From: Kiritimatiellia bacterium
GTDB taxonomy: Bacteria > Verrucomicrobiota > Kiritimatiellia > PWTM01
Length of the DNA stretch: 64,000 nucleotides
Assembly (NCBI GenBank): GCA_026417735.1
Contig: JAOACR010000009.1
Span: 353,298 to 417,297, forward strand
Reading direction: 5' to 3'
Part shown: positions 44,958 to 55,338 of the stretch, piece after piece
How the letters are laid out: every line of letters begins with the position of its first letter
Numbering within the stretch: position 1 is the stretch's first letter
The notes under the pieces: model-generated
Database searches by the model: none
Told to the model about the DNA's origin: nothing
The model's input: the letters and a program-made list of their open reading frames with translations, nothing else
Translations under genes and position numbers: made by a program

Positions 44958-47371
44958 CCCGGGCCGCCCAGCGTCCACCCGCCGCTCCACCCGACCTGAG
45001 CGAAGTCGACCGCATCGTCAACGCGATCGGTCGTTCCCCCGAGCAGGCGCTGCCGCTGCTGCAGGCGGTGCAGGCGCGCTTCGGTTATCTGCCCGAGGCA
45101 GTGCTGCGCCGAATCTGTGAAATCACCGAAATCCGTCCCGCGGACCTGTGGAGCGTCGCGACCTTCTATCCGCAGCTGCGACATCGGCCCGCAGGACGAC
45201 ATTCGATCTGCGTATGCGTCGGGACCGCATGCCACGTGAAGGGCGCGGAACGGGTCTACGAGGCGATTGCGCGCGAACTCCGACTGCCAGCGGGGGAGGA
45301 CACGGACGCCGCCGGTGAGTTCACTGTTCGCAAGGTCGCCTGTCTGGGCTGTTGCACGCTGGCGCCAGTGGTGATGCTCGACCGCGTCACCTACGGCCAT
45401 CGCACCGCGGACAACATCCGCGAGATGCTGGATGATTTTACCGCCCGACCGGCCGACCGCGAGGGGGACCCCCTCGCCGAGGCCACGCCGATCGACCCGC
45501 CCGAAGCCGCCGGAGAGATCCGGATTGGTCTGGGCTCCTGCTGCATCGCCGGCGGCAGTGCGGCGGTCGAATCAGCGCTGCGCACGGCGGTGCGATCGCT
45601 CGGCGTACCGATCCGCATCCGGCCGGTCGGATGCGTCGGGATGTGCCACCGTACGCCCCTCCTCGAAGTCGTGCGCCCCGGCGCCGAACCCGTGCGCTAC
45701 GAGCGGGTCCGCGCCGCGGATGTCGAAGCGATCGTGCGCCGCCACTTCAGCCCCGGGCGATGGCGTCGCTGGCGGGCGCAGACGGCGGACGCATTGGACG
45801 AGTGGCTCGGACGGGGGCGGGGGGCGGTGGGGCCAGCCCCCGTGCTCGACCCCCGTGACGGGCCCGTCCAAGCGTTCCTATGCCGCCAGCTTCATATCGC
45901 CACCGAGGCGTGCGGTGCGCTCCATCCGCTGGATCTGGATCAGTACCGCGCCGGCGGCGGCCTGCGCGCGCTGGAGGACTGCCTCGCCCGCCGTTCTCCG
46001 GATGAAGTGATCGCCGCGATCGAGGCCGCCGGCCTCCGCGGCCGCGGCGGCGCCGGATTTCCCACCGGCCGAAAGTGGCGCGCGGTGCGCGACGCACCGG
46101 CCGGTGACCGCTACATCATCTGTAACGGCGACGAGGGCGACCCCGGCGCGTTCATGGACCGCATGCTCTTCGAGTCCTATCCCTATCGTGTGCTCGAAGG
46201 GATGATCATCGCCGCCTGGGCGGTTGGCGCGCGGGAAGGTATCCTCTACATTCGTGAGGAGTATCCGCTCGCGGTGCGACGCGTGCAGGCCGCAATCGAC
46301 CGGCTGCGCGACGCTGGCGTGCTCGGGCCGGACATTCTGCGTTCCGGGGTGTCCCTCGAATTGCGGATTGTGCAGGGCGGCGGCGCGTTCGTCTGTGGGG
46401 AGGAGACCGCGCTGATCGAGTCCATTCAGGGTCGCCGAGGCTCGCCCGTGCTGCGCCCTCCGTTCCCTGCACAACGCGGCTTCCGTGGCGCGCCGACGCT
46501 CGTCAACAACTGCGAGACGCTCGCGATGGTGCCTTGGATTCTGCGGCACGGACCCGCCGCGTTCGCGGCGATCGGCACCGCCCACAGCAAGGGCACCAAG
46601 GTGTTCGCGCTGGCCGGCAAGGTGGCGCGGGGCGGCCTGATCGAGGTGCCGATGGGCATGACGCTGCGCGAGATCATCGAGGAGATCGGCGGCGGCGCCG
46701 CAAACGGGCGCCCGTGGAAAGCAGTGCAGGTCGGCGGGCCGTCCGGTGGTTGCGTGCCCGCGACGCTCGGCGACACGCCCGTTGACTACGAGGCGCTCAC
46801 CGAAGTGGGCGCCATGATGGGCAGCGGAGGGCTCGTCGTGCTCGACGACACCGACTGCATGGTGGACGTCGCGCGCTATTTTCTCTCCTTCACCTGCCGC
46901 GAGTCGTGCGGGAAGTGCACCCCCTGCCGCATCGGCACCCGCCGCATGCTCGACATCCTCGACCGCCTCTGCGAAGGGCGCGCGGCGCCGGACGACCTCG
47001 CGCGACTGGAGGAGCTCGCCGAGACCACCCGCCGCCAGAGCCTCTGCGGCCTGGGTCGAACCGCGCCCAACCCGGTGCTGACGACGCTGCGCTACTTCCG
47101 CGACGAGTACGAGGCGCACCTGCGCGGCATTTGCCCTGCCGGCCGCTGCGTGCACCTCATCGCGTACGAGGTCGGCGCCGAGTGCATCGGCTGCACCCGC
47201 TGCGCACAGGTCTGCCCCGTCGTGGCGATCCGGCCGGACCCGATGCGCCGCCATGTGATTGACGGTGGTTTGTGTGTGCGGTGCGATCTGTGCCGGACTG
47301 CCTGTCCGACAGGTGCGATCCGGATTGTGCCCCGGCAAACGGCGTCGGCCCCCGGAGCGGCGGAGCGATGA
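44954..47371 (+). CDS. NAD(P)H-binding iron-sulfur flavoprotein, NuoE-like plus NuoF-like fusion (HndC/HoxF/FdsB-type)
   Basis: Start ATG 44954 overlaps the upstream stop as ATGA. Thioredoxin-like 2Fe-2S block CVCVGTACHVKG...VACLGCCTLAP, second ferredoxin-like block SCCIAGGS...VGCVGMCH, NuoF core GLRGRGGAGFPTGRKW and GGGAFVCGEETALIESIQG, ESCGKCTPCRIG, then C-terminal 2x 4Fe-4S (CIGCTRCAQVCP, CVRCDLCRTACP). Confidence 0.8.
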   Translation: MTRAAQRPPAAPPDLSEVDRIVNAIGRSPEQALPLLQAVQARFGYLPEAVLRRICEITEIRPADLWSVATFYPQLRHRPAGRHSICVCVGTACHVKGAERVYEAIARELRLPAGEDTDAAGEFTVRKVACLGCCTLAPVVMLDRVTYGHRTADNIREMLDDFTARPADREGDPLAEATPIDPPEAAGEIRIGLGSCCIAGGSAAVESALRTAVRSLGVPIRIRPVGCVGMCHRTPLLEVVRPGAEPVRYERVRAADVEAIVRRHFSPGRWRRWRAQTADALDEWLGRGRGAVGPAPVLDPRDGPVQAFLCRQLHIATEACGALHPLDLDQYRAGGGLRALEDCLARRSPDEVIAAIEAAGLRGRGGAGFPTGRKWRAVRDAPAGDRYIICNGDEGDPGAFMDRMLFESYPYRVLEGMIIAAWAVGAREGILYIREEYPLAVRRVQAAIDRLRDAGVLGPDILRSGVSLELRIVQGGGAFVCGEETALIESIQGRRGSPVLRPPFPAQRGFRGAPTLVNNCETLAMVPWILRHGPAAFAAIGTAHSKGTKVFALAGKVARGGLIEVPMGMTLREIIEEIGGGAANGRPWKAVQVGGPSGGCVPATLGDTPVDYEALTEVGAMMGSGGLVVLDDTDCMVDVARYFLSFTCRESCGKCTPCRIGTRRMLDILDRLCEGRAAPDDLARLEELAETTRRQSLCGLGRTAPNPVLTTLRYFRDEYEAHLRGICPAGRCVHLIAYEVGAECIGCTRCAQVCPVVAIRPDPMRRHVIDGGLCVRCDLCRTACPTGAIRIVPRQTASAPGAAER

Positions 47372-48954
47372 GCGTGCGTGTGATCGTGGATGGCCGGGCG
47401 GTCGAGCTGCCCGATGGCGCCACGCTTCTGGAGGCGACCCGCGCACTGGGCATCCGTGTGCCAACCCTTTGCCACCGCGACGGTCTTCCTCACTACACCT
47501 CCTGTATGGTCTGCGCAGTGCGCGAACTGTCGGGCGGCCGCCTGCTCCCCGCCTGCTCGTACCCGGCCACCGACGGCATGGAGGTGGACGCCTCGTCCGA
47601 CGAAGTCCGTGCGGCCCGGCGCCGTGTGCTCGAGCTGCTGCTGAGTGAACACGTCGGCGACTGCGAAGCGCCCTGCCGGCGCGCCTGCCCGGCGCACCTG
47701 CGTATCCCCGAGCTGCTGCGCGACGCCGCCCGCGGTGCATGGGCCCAAGCCGCCCGTCTCGCCGCGGAGGATCTTGTGCTGCCCGCCGCGCTCGGCCGCA
47801 TCTGCCCCGCCCCCTGCGAACGAAGCTGCCGACGCGCCCAGCACGATGCTGCGTTGCCGATCCGCGAGCTGCACCGGCGGCTCGGCGAATCGCCGGAACT
47901 GGCCGGCGCCCGGCAGCGCCCCGCCGCCACATCGCCGCGCACAGCCCGCGTGACGGTTGTCGGTGCCGGACCCGCCGGCCTCGCTGCTGCTGCGTTTCTC
48001 CGTCGCGCCGGCGTCGAGGTGACCTTGCGCGATCGCGCCCTCCAGCCGGGAGGCGCGCTGCGCGATCCGGCGGTGTCCGATCGGCTGCCGGCCCACGTTC
48101 TCGACGCGGAAATCCGCGAGGTGCTCGCCGCCGGCATTCGGTTCGAACCGGGCGCCGACGTGCTCGAACCGGGCGCGCTCGATCGCTGGATCGAAAACGC
48201 CGATGCGGTCGTGCTCGCTTGCGGTGCGCTGGACGCGCGCTCCATCGCCGCGCTCGGCCTCGAGAGTGGACCCCGCGGCGTCCGCGCGGATGCGAACACC
48301 CGGCAAACCTCGCGACGCGGTGTGTTCGCAGCGGGCGCGATGGTTCAACCGATGCGCTTGGCGGTACGCGCGGTGGCGGATGGTCGTCTTGCCGCAGAGG
48401 CGGTCCTCGTCTGGCTCGAGCTGCGCCCGGCCCCCCCCTGGCCCGTCCGATTCGACAGCCGCATCGGTCCTCTCCACCCCAGCGAAGTGGCACAATGGCT
48501 GCCCGATGCCTCGCCTGCCTCGCCCGGCTGGCCGGACACGGAGAGCGGTACCGCGCTGGACGATCGCGCCGCCGCGGATGCGCGCCGCTGCCTCGGCTGC
48601 GACTGCCGCAAAGCCCGCAGCTGCCGCCTGCGCCGCCTTGCCGACGAGTATCGCGCATCCCCCGCCCGCTTCGCGGCCACCGCGCGCCCCCCTGTTATCC
48701 TGCGCCGAGACCATCCGCGCCTGGTCTACGAACCGGGCAAGTGCATCCACTGCGGCATCTGCGTGCGTCTCGCCGCGCGATCTCGCGGCACGATGACGTT
48801 CCAGCGCCGCGGTTACGAACAACAGGTCGCGCCCGCGTTCAACAATGGCCTGGACGCGGGGCTGGGTGCCGCGGCGGACGAAGCAGTTCGCGCCTGTCCC
48901 ACCGCCGCGCTCGCTTTTCGCACTTGGGAACCCATCTCCGGAATATCTCGATGA
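47368..48954 (+). CDS. 2Fe-2S ferredoxin (NuoG N-terminal-like) fused to GltD-like FAD/NAD(P)-binding oxidoreductase with C-terminal Fe-S motif
   Basis: Start ATG 47368 overlaps the upstream stop as ATGA. MSVRVIVDGRAVELPDGATLLEATRALGIRVPTLC is the 2Fe-2S N-terminus. VTVVGAGPAGLAAAAFLRRAGVEVTLRD is a dinucleotide-binding fold. CLGCDCRKARSC and CIHCGICVRLA are C-terminal cysteine motifs. Confidence 0.7.
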   Translation: MSVRVIVDGRAVELPDGATLLEATRALGIRVPTLCHRDGLPHYTSCMVCAVRELSGGRLLPACSYPATDGMEVDASSDEVRAARRRVLELLLSEHVGDCEAPCRRACPAHLRIPELLRDAARGAWAQAARLAAEDLVLPAALGRICPAPCERSCRRAQHDAALPIRELHRRLGESPELAGARQRPAATSPRTARVTVVGAGPAGLAAAAFLRRAGVEVTLRDRALQPGGALRDPAVSDRLPAHVLDAEIREVLAAGIRFEPGADVLEPGALDRWIENADAVVLACGALDARSIAALGLESGPRGVRADANTRQTSRRGVFAAGAMVQPMRLAVRAVADGRLAAEAVLVWLELRPAPPWPVRFDSRIGPLHPSEVAQWLPDASPASPGWPDTESGTALDDRAAADARRCLGCDCRKARSCRLRRLADEYRASPARFAATARPPVILRRDHPRLVYEPGKCIHCGICVRLAARSRGTMTFQRRGYEQQVAPAFNNGLDAGLGAAADEAVRACPTAALAFRTWEPISGISR

Positions 48955-48991
48955 CCCGCGCCTTGCCCGCACCCTTGACAGGAGCCGCCTG

Positions 48992-51979
48992 ATGAACCCA
49001 ACCGTTGTCGCCGCGCTCCTATGGAGCGTTGCTGCCGTTGCTTCCTCCGCCCCGCCGCTCGAAGCGCGCTTCCGCTCACCTCCGCGCGAACATCGGCCAT
49101 GGGCCTACTGGTGGTGGCTCAAGGGCAACGTGGACGAAGAGACGATCACGCGCGATCTCGAGGCGATGAAATGGGCCGGCTTTGGCGGTCTGCTGCAGTT
49201 TGACGTGCGCGGCTACCATGAGGCCGTCGTGCCACCGCCCCCCGAACGCACACCCTATATGAGCGCACGCTGGCGGGAACTGATGAGACATGCGCTGCGC
49301 GAGGCGGACCGGCTCGGCCTTGAAGTCAGCATCAATCTCAGCATGTGCGCCGGCGCGCTGATGGGGCCCACGACCGCCGGCGCGGACGCCCCAAAGAAGC
49401 TGATCTGGACCGGCACCGAAGTCGTCGGCCCCGCCCGGCTCGACTGCCGGCTTCCGGCCATCCCGGGCGAAGGCGCGGTGGAAATCGCGCTGCTCGCGGT
49501 GCGCCTCCGCGAGAGCTCCCCACCGGAACCACCGGCCGTGCACGCACATCCAGCGCCCGCTTGGCCGCCCCATTGGCGCTCCGATCTCCCCGCCACCAAC
49601 GCGCCCACCCCGGTGGCCGGCGAGCCGCTCGACCTGACCGACAAGCACGACGCCGAAGGACGCCTCACCTGGGAAATCCCTCCCGGCCGATGGGCGGTGA
49701 TCCGTTTCGCCTCCGTTCTGGCCGTCGGCGACCCCGTTCACCACGGTCAACTCGTCACTCCGTTCGACGTGGACGTGCTCGACGCCGACGCGGTGCGGCG
49801 GCACTTCGAGCGCCTCGGCGGTGAGCTGTTGAAAGACGCCGGGCCGCTGGCGGGTCGCACCCTCACTCATTTCTACAGCGTGAGCTGGGAAGGTGCCGCG
49901 CCGACCTGGACCGCCCGTTTCGAAGAACAGTTTCGAAATGCTCGCGGTTACGCTCTTCGTCCGTGGCTACCGGTGCTCGCCGGGTTCGAGGTCGGCGGAT
50001 CCGAGGCCGCGCGCCGCTTTGTGAACGATTATCACGCAACGCTCGCCGAACTGATGATGAACAACTTCTACGGCGAACTGCAGCATCGCTGCCACGCCGT
50101 GGGTCTCAAATGGCATGCCGAATCCGGCGGCCCGTGGAACCGGCGTCTCCCCACCTTTGCGCGCGCCGATCAGCTCGCCTTTCTCGGGCGCACCGACATG
50201 CCGCAGGGCGAATTCTGGTTCACCGGCGGGCGCGCCATCGGTCGACCGCCCGAGTTCAACCGCCCCGCCGCAATGGCCGCGCACATCTACGGCCGACCGC
50301 TGGCCGCCGCAGAAGCCTTCACCCACATGGTGCAGCACTGGTCAGAGCATCCCGCCGCACTGAAACCTCTCGCCGACATCGCCTTCTGCGACGGCATCAA
50401 CCACCTGATCTGGCACACCTTTACCGCCTCGCCGCCGGAGTTCGGTCTGCCGGGCGTCGAATATTTCGCCGGCAGCCATCTGAACCCCAACGTCACCTGG
50501 TGGCCGTTCGCCCGCCCGTTCATCGAGTACCTCGCACGCTGTCAGACAATGCTGCGCCACGGCCGTCCGGTCGCCGACCTCGCCGTGTTCATCGGCGAAC
50601 ACCCCTACCAACACTGGGGCCGCGGCTCACAGTGGAGCGAACGTGCGACACTCCATCCGCCCGCCGGCCACACCTATGACCTCGTCAACATCGAGGTGCT
50701 CTGCTCGCGCCTCGACGTGGTCGACGGCGGACTCCGGTTGCCGGAGGGGCTCGGCTATCGTGCACTGGTCGTGGACCTCGAGCAGGAGACCCTCCGACCC
50801 GAGCCGCTCCGGCGGATTCTCGAACTCACCGAACGCGGCGCAACCGTCATCCTCGGGCAACGCCGCCCCACCGCCTCCAGCAGCCTCGCCGGCTGGCCCG
50901 ACGCTGATACCGAGGTGCGCCGTCTAGCCGATGTGCTGTGGGGTGCCGTGAACGCAGCGTCGCCGGAGGAGCCCGTGCGGCTCGGTGCAGGTCGTGTGTT
51001 CCGCCGCAGTTCCGTCGCCGACGCGTTTGCCCGCCTCGGCGTTACCCCCAATGTGGAGGGCCCCTTCGAGTTCGCACACCGCACCGATGCGGAGACGGAC
51101 GTGTACTTCCTCACCGGTCACCGCCCCGGCGACGCGATTTTTCGGGTGACCGGTCGCCGCCCCGAACTCTGGGACCCCGTCACCGGCACAATTCGCCCGC
51201 CGCACGGCTGGTCCCCCACGGCCGACGGCAGAACACGCGTTCATCTCCGCCTGCCCACCAACGGCAGCACATTTGTGGTCTTCCGCGAACCCGCCCGAGG
51301 CTTGCCCCCCTACGAGCCACCCCCGCCCGACGTCGAGATCCTCAGCCTCACCAACGGCCATGTCGAAGTCCGGGTGTGGACCGCTCAGCCCGTTGAGTGG
51401 ACGCTCCGCCACGGCCATACCGTGCACCTCAACCCCAACACGCCCCCCCCACTGGAGCTGACCGGCCCATGGACCGTTGTGTTCGAATCGGGCCGGGGCG
51501 CGCCGCCGCAGCTGGTGATGGAGCGGCTGACCGACTGGACCGAACATCCCGATCCGAATGTGCGGTTTTTCTCCGGCCGTGCGACGTACCGTCACACCAT
51601 CGAGCTCGATGCAGATCGGGCCTCCTCTCCGGCCCGCCTCGAACTCCATCGCGTGGGTGTGATCGCCCGTGTCACCGTGAACGGCCGGAACGCGGGCATC
51701 CTCTGGACCTTCCCCTGGGAGGTTGAGCTCACGGGACTTCTACGCGCGGGCCCCAACGACATCGAAATCGAGGTCGCCAACGTGTGGGTCAACCGGCTGA
51801 TCGGTGACGCCTCGCTGCCGCCGGAAAAACGGACTACCCGGACCAACGTCGCTCTGCAGCCCGGTGAGCGCACCGTCCGGATCTATCAGGGATTTGGCGC
51901 GAACGATCCGCTCGTGCCCTCCGGACTCCAGGGGCCAGTTCGCTTGCGGTTCGGCCGGGATGTCTCCGTCCGGCTGTGA
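48992..51979 (+). CDS. large secreted glycoside hydrolase-like protein (paralog of 8346..12323; possibly GH106-like)
   Basis: Start ATG 48992 (MNPTVVAALLWSVAAVASSAPP signal; GGAG 8 nt upstream) within track ORF 48845..51979. FRSPPREHRPWAYWWWLKGNVDEETITRDLEAMKWAGFGG. C-terminal LELHRVGVIARVTVNGRNAGILWTFPWEVELTGLLRAGPNDIEIEVANVWVNRLIGD. Confidence 0.75.
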   Translation: MNPTVVAALLWSVAAVASSAPPLEARFRSPPREHRPWAYWWWLKGNVDEETITRDLEAMKWAGFGGLLQFDVRGYHEAVVPPPPERTPYMSARWRELMRHALREADRLGLEVSINLSMCAGALMGPTTAGADAPKKLIWTGTEVVGPARLDCRLPAIPGEGAVEIALLAVRLRESSPPEPPAVHAHPAPAWPPHWRSDLPATNAPTPVAGEPLDLTDKHDAEGRLTWEIPPGRWAVIRFASVLAVGDPVHHGQLVTPFDVDVLDADAVRRHFERLGGELLKDAGPLAGRTLTHFYSVSWEGAAPTWTARFEEQFRNARGYALRPWLPVLAGFEVGGSEAARRFVNDYHATLAELMMNNFYGELQHRCHAVGLKWHAESGGPWNRRLPTFARADQLAFLGRTDMPQGEFWFTGGRAIGRPPEFNRPAAMAAHIYGRPLAAAEAFTHMVQHWSEHPAALKPLADIAFCDGINHLIWHTFTASPPEFGLPGVEYFAGSHLNPNVTWWPFARPFIEYLARCQTMLRHGRPVADLAVFIGEHPYQHWGRGSQWSERATLHPPAGHTYDLVNIEVLCSRLDVVDGGLRLPEGLGYRALVVDLEQETLRPEPLRRILELTERGATVILGQRRPTASSSLAGWPDADTEVRRLADVLWGAVNAASPEEPVRLGAGRVFRRSSVADAFARLGVTPNVEGPFEFAHRTDAETDVYFLTGHRPGDAIFRVTGRRPELWDPVTGTIRPPHGWSPTADGRTRVHLRLPTNGSTFVVFREPARGLPPYEPPPPDVEILSLTNGHVEVRVWTAQPVEWTLRHGHTVHLNPNTPPPLELTGPWTVVFESGRGAPPQLVMERLTDWTEHPDPNVRFFSGRATYRHTIELDADRASSPARLELHRVGVIARVTVNGRNAGILWTFPWEVELTGLLRAGPNDIEIEVANVWVNRLIGDASLPPEKRTTRTNVALQPGERTVRIYQGFGANDPLVPSGLQGPVRLRFGRDVSVRL

Positions 51980-52080
51980 TTCGGCGCGCGGCCTTTGGCG
52001 GTACGCGGTGCCCCGAAGTCCCGTGCGCGTTGCCGCGTCATCTTGTTTTTCTCGGTCCCAAATGGTTCGATCTGCGCAAT

Positions 52081-53142
52081 GTGAATCCGCCCTCGCGCAC
52101 CTCCGACTTTGACTACGCATTGCCGGCCGAGCTGATCGCGCAGCAGCCGGTGGAACCGCGCGACGCAGCGCGGATGCTCGTGCTGGGGGCCGACGGCGCG
52201 CTGTCGCACCGGCTGGTCCGCGAGCTACCGGCCCATCTGCTGCCGGGCGACGTGATGGTCGTCAACAACTCCCGTGTGATTCCAGCTCGCACCTGGGCGC
52301 GGCGCGAAACCACCGGAGGGCGTGTGGAACTGCTTTGGATCGAGCCGCGGGATGACGGCTCGTGGACCGCACTCGTCCGCTCACGGCGGCCAGTGAGGCC
52401 GGGCGACCGGCTACGGATCGGAACGCAGGTGGTGGTTGTGGAAGACGGGCGCTTCGCGGACGGCACCATCGCGGTGCGCCTCGAGGGAGACGCCGACGTG
52501 CTCGAACTGCTCGAGCACGAAGGGCATACACCGCTGCCACCCTACATCCGGCGCGGACGGGACGAGCCGGCCGATCGCGAGCGCTACCAGACCGTGTACG
52601 CCCGTCGCCCCGGTTCGGTCGCGGCCCCGACCGCCGGCCTGCACTTCACCGAGGAGTTGCTCTGCACGCTGCGGGAGCGTGGGGTGCAGATCGTCGAGCT
52701 CACGCTGCACGTCGGGCCGGGCACGTTCCGGCCGGTGCGCGAGGAGGACCCCGCTCGTCATTCGATGCACGTCGAACGCTTTGAAATCCCCGAGGCCACC
52801 GCGGAGGCCATAAGCCGGGCGCGGAGCGAAGGCCGCCGCGTGCTCGCGATCGGCACCACGGTGGTCCGCGCGCTCGAAAGTGTCGCCGACGAGCACGGGC
52901 GCGTTCGGCCTGGTGCCGGCCGCACCGCATTGTTCATCCGACCCCCCTACGAATTTCGTGTGGTGGATCTGCTGCTCACCAACTTTCACCTGCCGCGCTC
53001 AACGCTGCTGATGCTGGTGTGTGCGTTCGCAGGCACCGACCGCGTTCTCGCCGCGTACCATACCGCCATCGAACATCGCTATCGCTTCTACAGCTACGGC
53101 GACTGCATGCTGCTGGCCCGTCCCGCCCGCCGCATTGAATGA
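52081..53142 (+). CDS. queA: S-adenosylmethionine:tRNA ribosyltransferase-isomerase
   Basis: GTG 52081 (SDFDYALPAELIAQQP) within track ORF 51976..53142. MLVLGADGALSHRLVRELP, GHTPLPPYIRR, TAGLHFT and LLTNFHLPRSTLLMLV are QueA blocks. Confidence 0.85.
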   Translation: MNPPSRTSDFDYALPAELIAQQPVEPRDAARMLVLGADGALSHRLVRELPAHLLPGDVMVVNNSRVIPARTWARRETTGGRVELLWIEPRDDGSWTALVRSRRPVRPGDRLRIGTQVVVVEDGRFADGTIAVRLEGDADVLELLEHEGHTPLPPYIRRGRDEPADRERYQTVYARRPGSVAAPTAGLHFTEELLCTLRERGVQIVELTLHVGPGTFRPVREEDPARHSMHVERFEIPEATAEAISRARSEGRRVLAIGTTVVRALESVADEHGRVRPGAGRTALFIRPPYEFRVVDLLLTNFHLPRSTLLMLVCAFAGTDRVLAAYHTAIEHRYRFYSYGDCMLLARPARRIE

Positions 53143-53256
53143 ACACGTGGCGCGGAAGCGCCAGTCCACCCACACGGCCGCCAGTTGCAGTCCGCAAGCG
53201 GAACCGGCATACTCTTTCGCCTTTTTCGTCTCGAACCCGAGACCCAGAACACGCGC

Positions 53257-55338
53257 ATGAGAACCATCGAACTGTCGAAGGTGCGGAACATCGGCATCAT
53301 GGCGCACATCGATGCGGGCAAAACCACCTGCAGCGAGCGCATCCTCTACTATGCCGGCAAGACCCACAAGGTCGGCGAGGTCCACGAGGGCACCGCAGTG
53401 CTCGACTGGATGCCGCAGGAGCAGGAACGCGGCATCACGATCACCGCGGCCGCCACCACGTTCGAATGGCGCGGGCACCGCATCACATTGATCGACACGC
53501 CCGGCCATGTGGACTTCACGATGGAGGTCGAACGCTCGCTGCGAGTGCTCGATGGCGCAATCGCGCTGTTCTGCGCGGTCGGCGGCGTGCAACCGCAGTC
53601 CGAACGGGTGTGGCGCCAGAGCGAAAAGTACAATGTGCCGAAGATCGCCTTCATCAACAAGATGGACCGGGCCGGTGCCGACTACTTCCGCGTGCTCGAC
53701 GAAATCCAGGAAGAACTGGGCGCGAACGCGGTGCCAGTGGTGATCCCGATCGGCGCAGAAGAACGGTTCGCCGGCATCATTGATCTGGTCACCATGAAGG
53801 CGATCTACTACCCGGAAGAAACTCTCGGGCGCGACTATTACGAAACCGAGATTCCGCCGCAGCACTTGGACGAGGCGCGCCGCTGGCGGGCAAATCTCGT
53901 CGAAAAGTGCGCGGAGCAGGACGACACCATGCTCGCCCGTTTCCTCGAGCGCGGCGACCTCAACGAGCAAGAGATTCAGACGATTCTCCGAAGGGCGACG
54001 ATCGCGCGCCGCGTCGTGCCTGTCTACTGCGGCTCCGCATTCCGCAACAAGGGCATCCAGCGGCTGCTCGACGGAGTGATCCGCTGCCTGCCCGCACCCA
54101 ACGAAATTCCGCCCATCATCTGCGCCCGGGAGCCGGAGGTGAACACGCGCAACCCCAGCGACGACGACCCCTTCTCCGCCCTCGCGTTCAAGGTGGTCGC
54201 GGATCGGCACATGGGCAAGCTCACCTATCTGCGCGTGTACTCCGGCAGCATCCGCGCCGGCGAAACGGTGCTGAACAGCTCGCGGGACCGCCTACAACGA
54301 ATCGTCCGGCTTTTCCGCATGCACGCGAACCGGCAAGAATCCATCGAGTCCGCGCACTGCGGCGACATCGTCGCGGCGGTCGGCCTCGCCGACACGCGCA
54401 CCGGCGACACGCTCTGCCACGTGGACCACCCCATTCACCTGGAAGCGATCGAGTTTCCGTCGCCGGTGATGTCGATCAGCATCGCACCCGAAAGCCGCGC
54501 GGATGCGGACCGCCTCGGCGAGGCGCTGCACCGCCTCGCGGACGAAGACCCGACCTTCGTCGTCGGCTACAACGCGGAGACTCACGAGACGGTCGTCTCG
54601 GGCATGGGCGAGCTGCACCTCGAGATCATCGTGGATCGACTGAAACGCGAGTTCAACGTCGCCGCCAAGGTTGGCCCGCCGGAGGTCGCCTACCGTGAGA
54701 CGATCACCGAGCCCGCGGAGGGTTCCTACAAGCACGTGAAACAGACGGGCGGGCGCGGTCAGTACGCGCACGTGGTGATGCGGATCGAGCCGACCGCACC
54801 GGGGGAGGGATTCGAGTTCGTCAACCGCGTGACGGGCGGGCGGATCCCCGCCGCGTATATCCCCGCCGTGGAAAAGGGAGTGCTCGCGGCGATGGCGAGC
54901 GGACCGGCCGCGGGATATCCGGTGGTCGATGTGCGCGTGACGTTGCTCGACGGCAGCTACCACGAGGTGGACTCTAGCGATCAGGCGTTTCAGGAGGCGG
55001 GCCGGGCGGGGTTTGTCGAGCTCTACGGCCGCGCAAGCCCGGAGCTGCTGGAGCCGGTGATGTCGGTCGAAATCGAAACGCCGGAAGAGTACATGGGCGC
55101 CGTGACCGGCTCCATCTGTTCACGACGCGGCCGCATCGAGGGCATGGAAGCCCGCGGCGACACCCGCATCATCCGAGGGCTCGTTCCGCTGGCGGAAATG
55201 TTCGGCTACGCGGGCGCGCTCCGCACGCTCACGCAGGGACGCGCGACCTTCACGATGCATTTCGAGCACTACGAGGCGGTGCCGGCCGCATTGGCCGAGG
55301 ACATCATTCGCGAAGCCCGCGAACGGCGCCGCCGCTGA
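53257..55338 (+). CDS. fusA: elongation factor G (EF-G family translational GTPase; not in a str-operon context, possibly a second paralog)
   Basis: Start ATG 53257 within track ORF 53185..55338. [16 protein letters not shown] (G1), [12 protein letters not shown], and collinear EF-G domains II-V through the C-terminal [29 protein letters not shown]. Confidence 0.88.
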   Translation: MRTIELSKVRNIGIMAHIDAGKTTCSERILYYAGKTHKVGEVHEGTAVLDWMPQEQERGITITAAATTFEWRGHRITLIDTPGHVDFTMEVERSLRVLDGAIALFCAVGGVQPQSERVWRQSEKYNVPKIAFINKMDRAGADYFRVLDEIQEELGANAVPVVIPIGAEERFAGIIDLVTMKAIYYPEETLGRDYYETEIPPQHLDEARRWRANLVEKCAEQDDTMLARFLERGDLNEQEIQTILRRATIARRVVPVYCGSAFRNKGIQRLLDGVIRCLPAPNEIPPIICAREPEVNTRNPSDDDPFSALAFKVVADRHMGKLTYLRVYSGSIRAGETVLNSSRDRLQRIVRLFRMHANRQESIESAHCGDIVAAVGLADTRTGDTLCHVDHPIHLEAIEFPSPVMSISIAPESRADADRLGEALHRLADEDPTFVVGYNAETHETVVSGMGELHLEIIVDRLKREFNVAAKVGPPEVAYRETITEPAEGSYKHVKQTGGRGQYAHVVMRIEPTAPGEGFEFVNRVTGGRIPAAYIPAVEKGVLAAMASGPAAGYPVVDVRVTLLDGSYHEVDSSDQAFQEAGRAGFVELYGRASPELLEPVMSVEIETPEEYMGAVTGSICSRRGRIEGMEARGDTRIIRGLVPLAEMFGYAGALRTLTQGRATFTMHFEHYEAVPAALAEDIIREARERRRR

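Noticed and set aside
45878-48658. 926-aa minus-strand ORF, and the similar 47092..48972 ORF, antisense to the NuoF-like and GltD-like genes
   Set aside because: Extremely Arg/Gly/Ala-rich with no domain signature. The sense strand carries clear Fe-S and flavin motifs.
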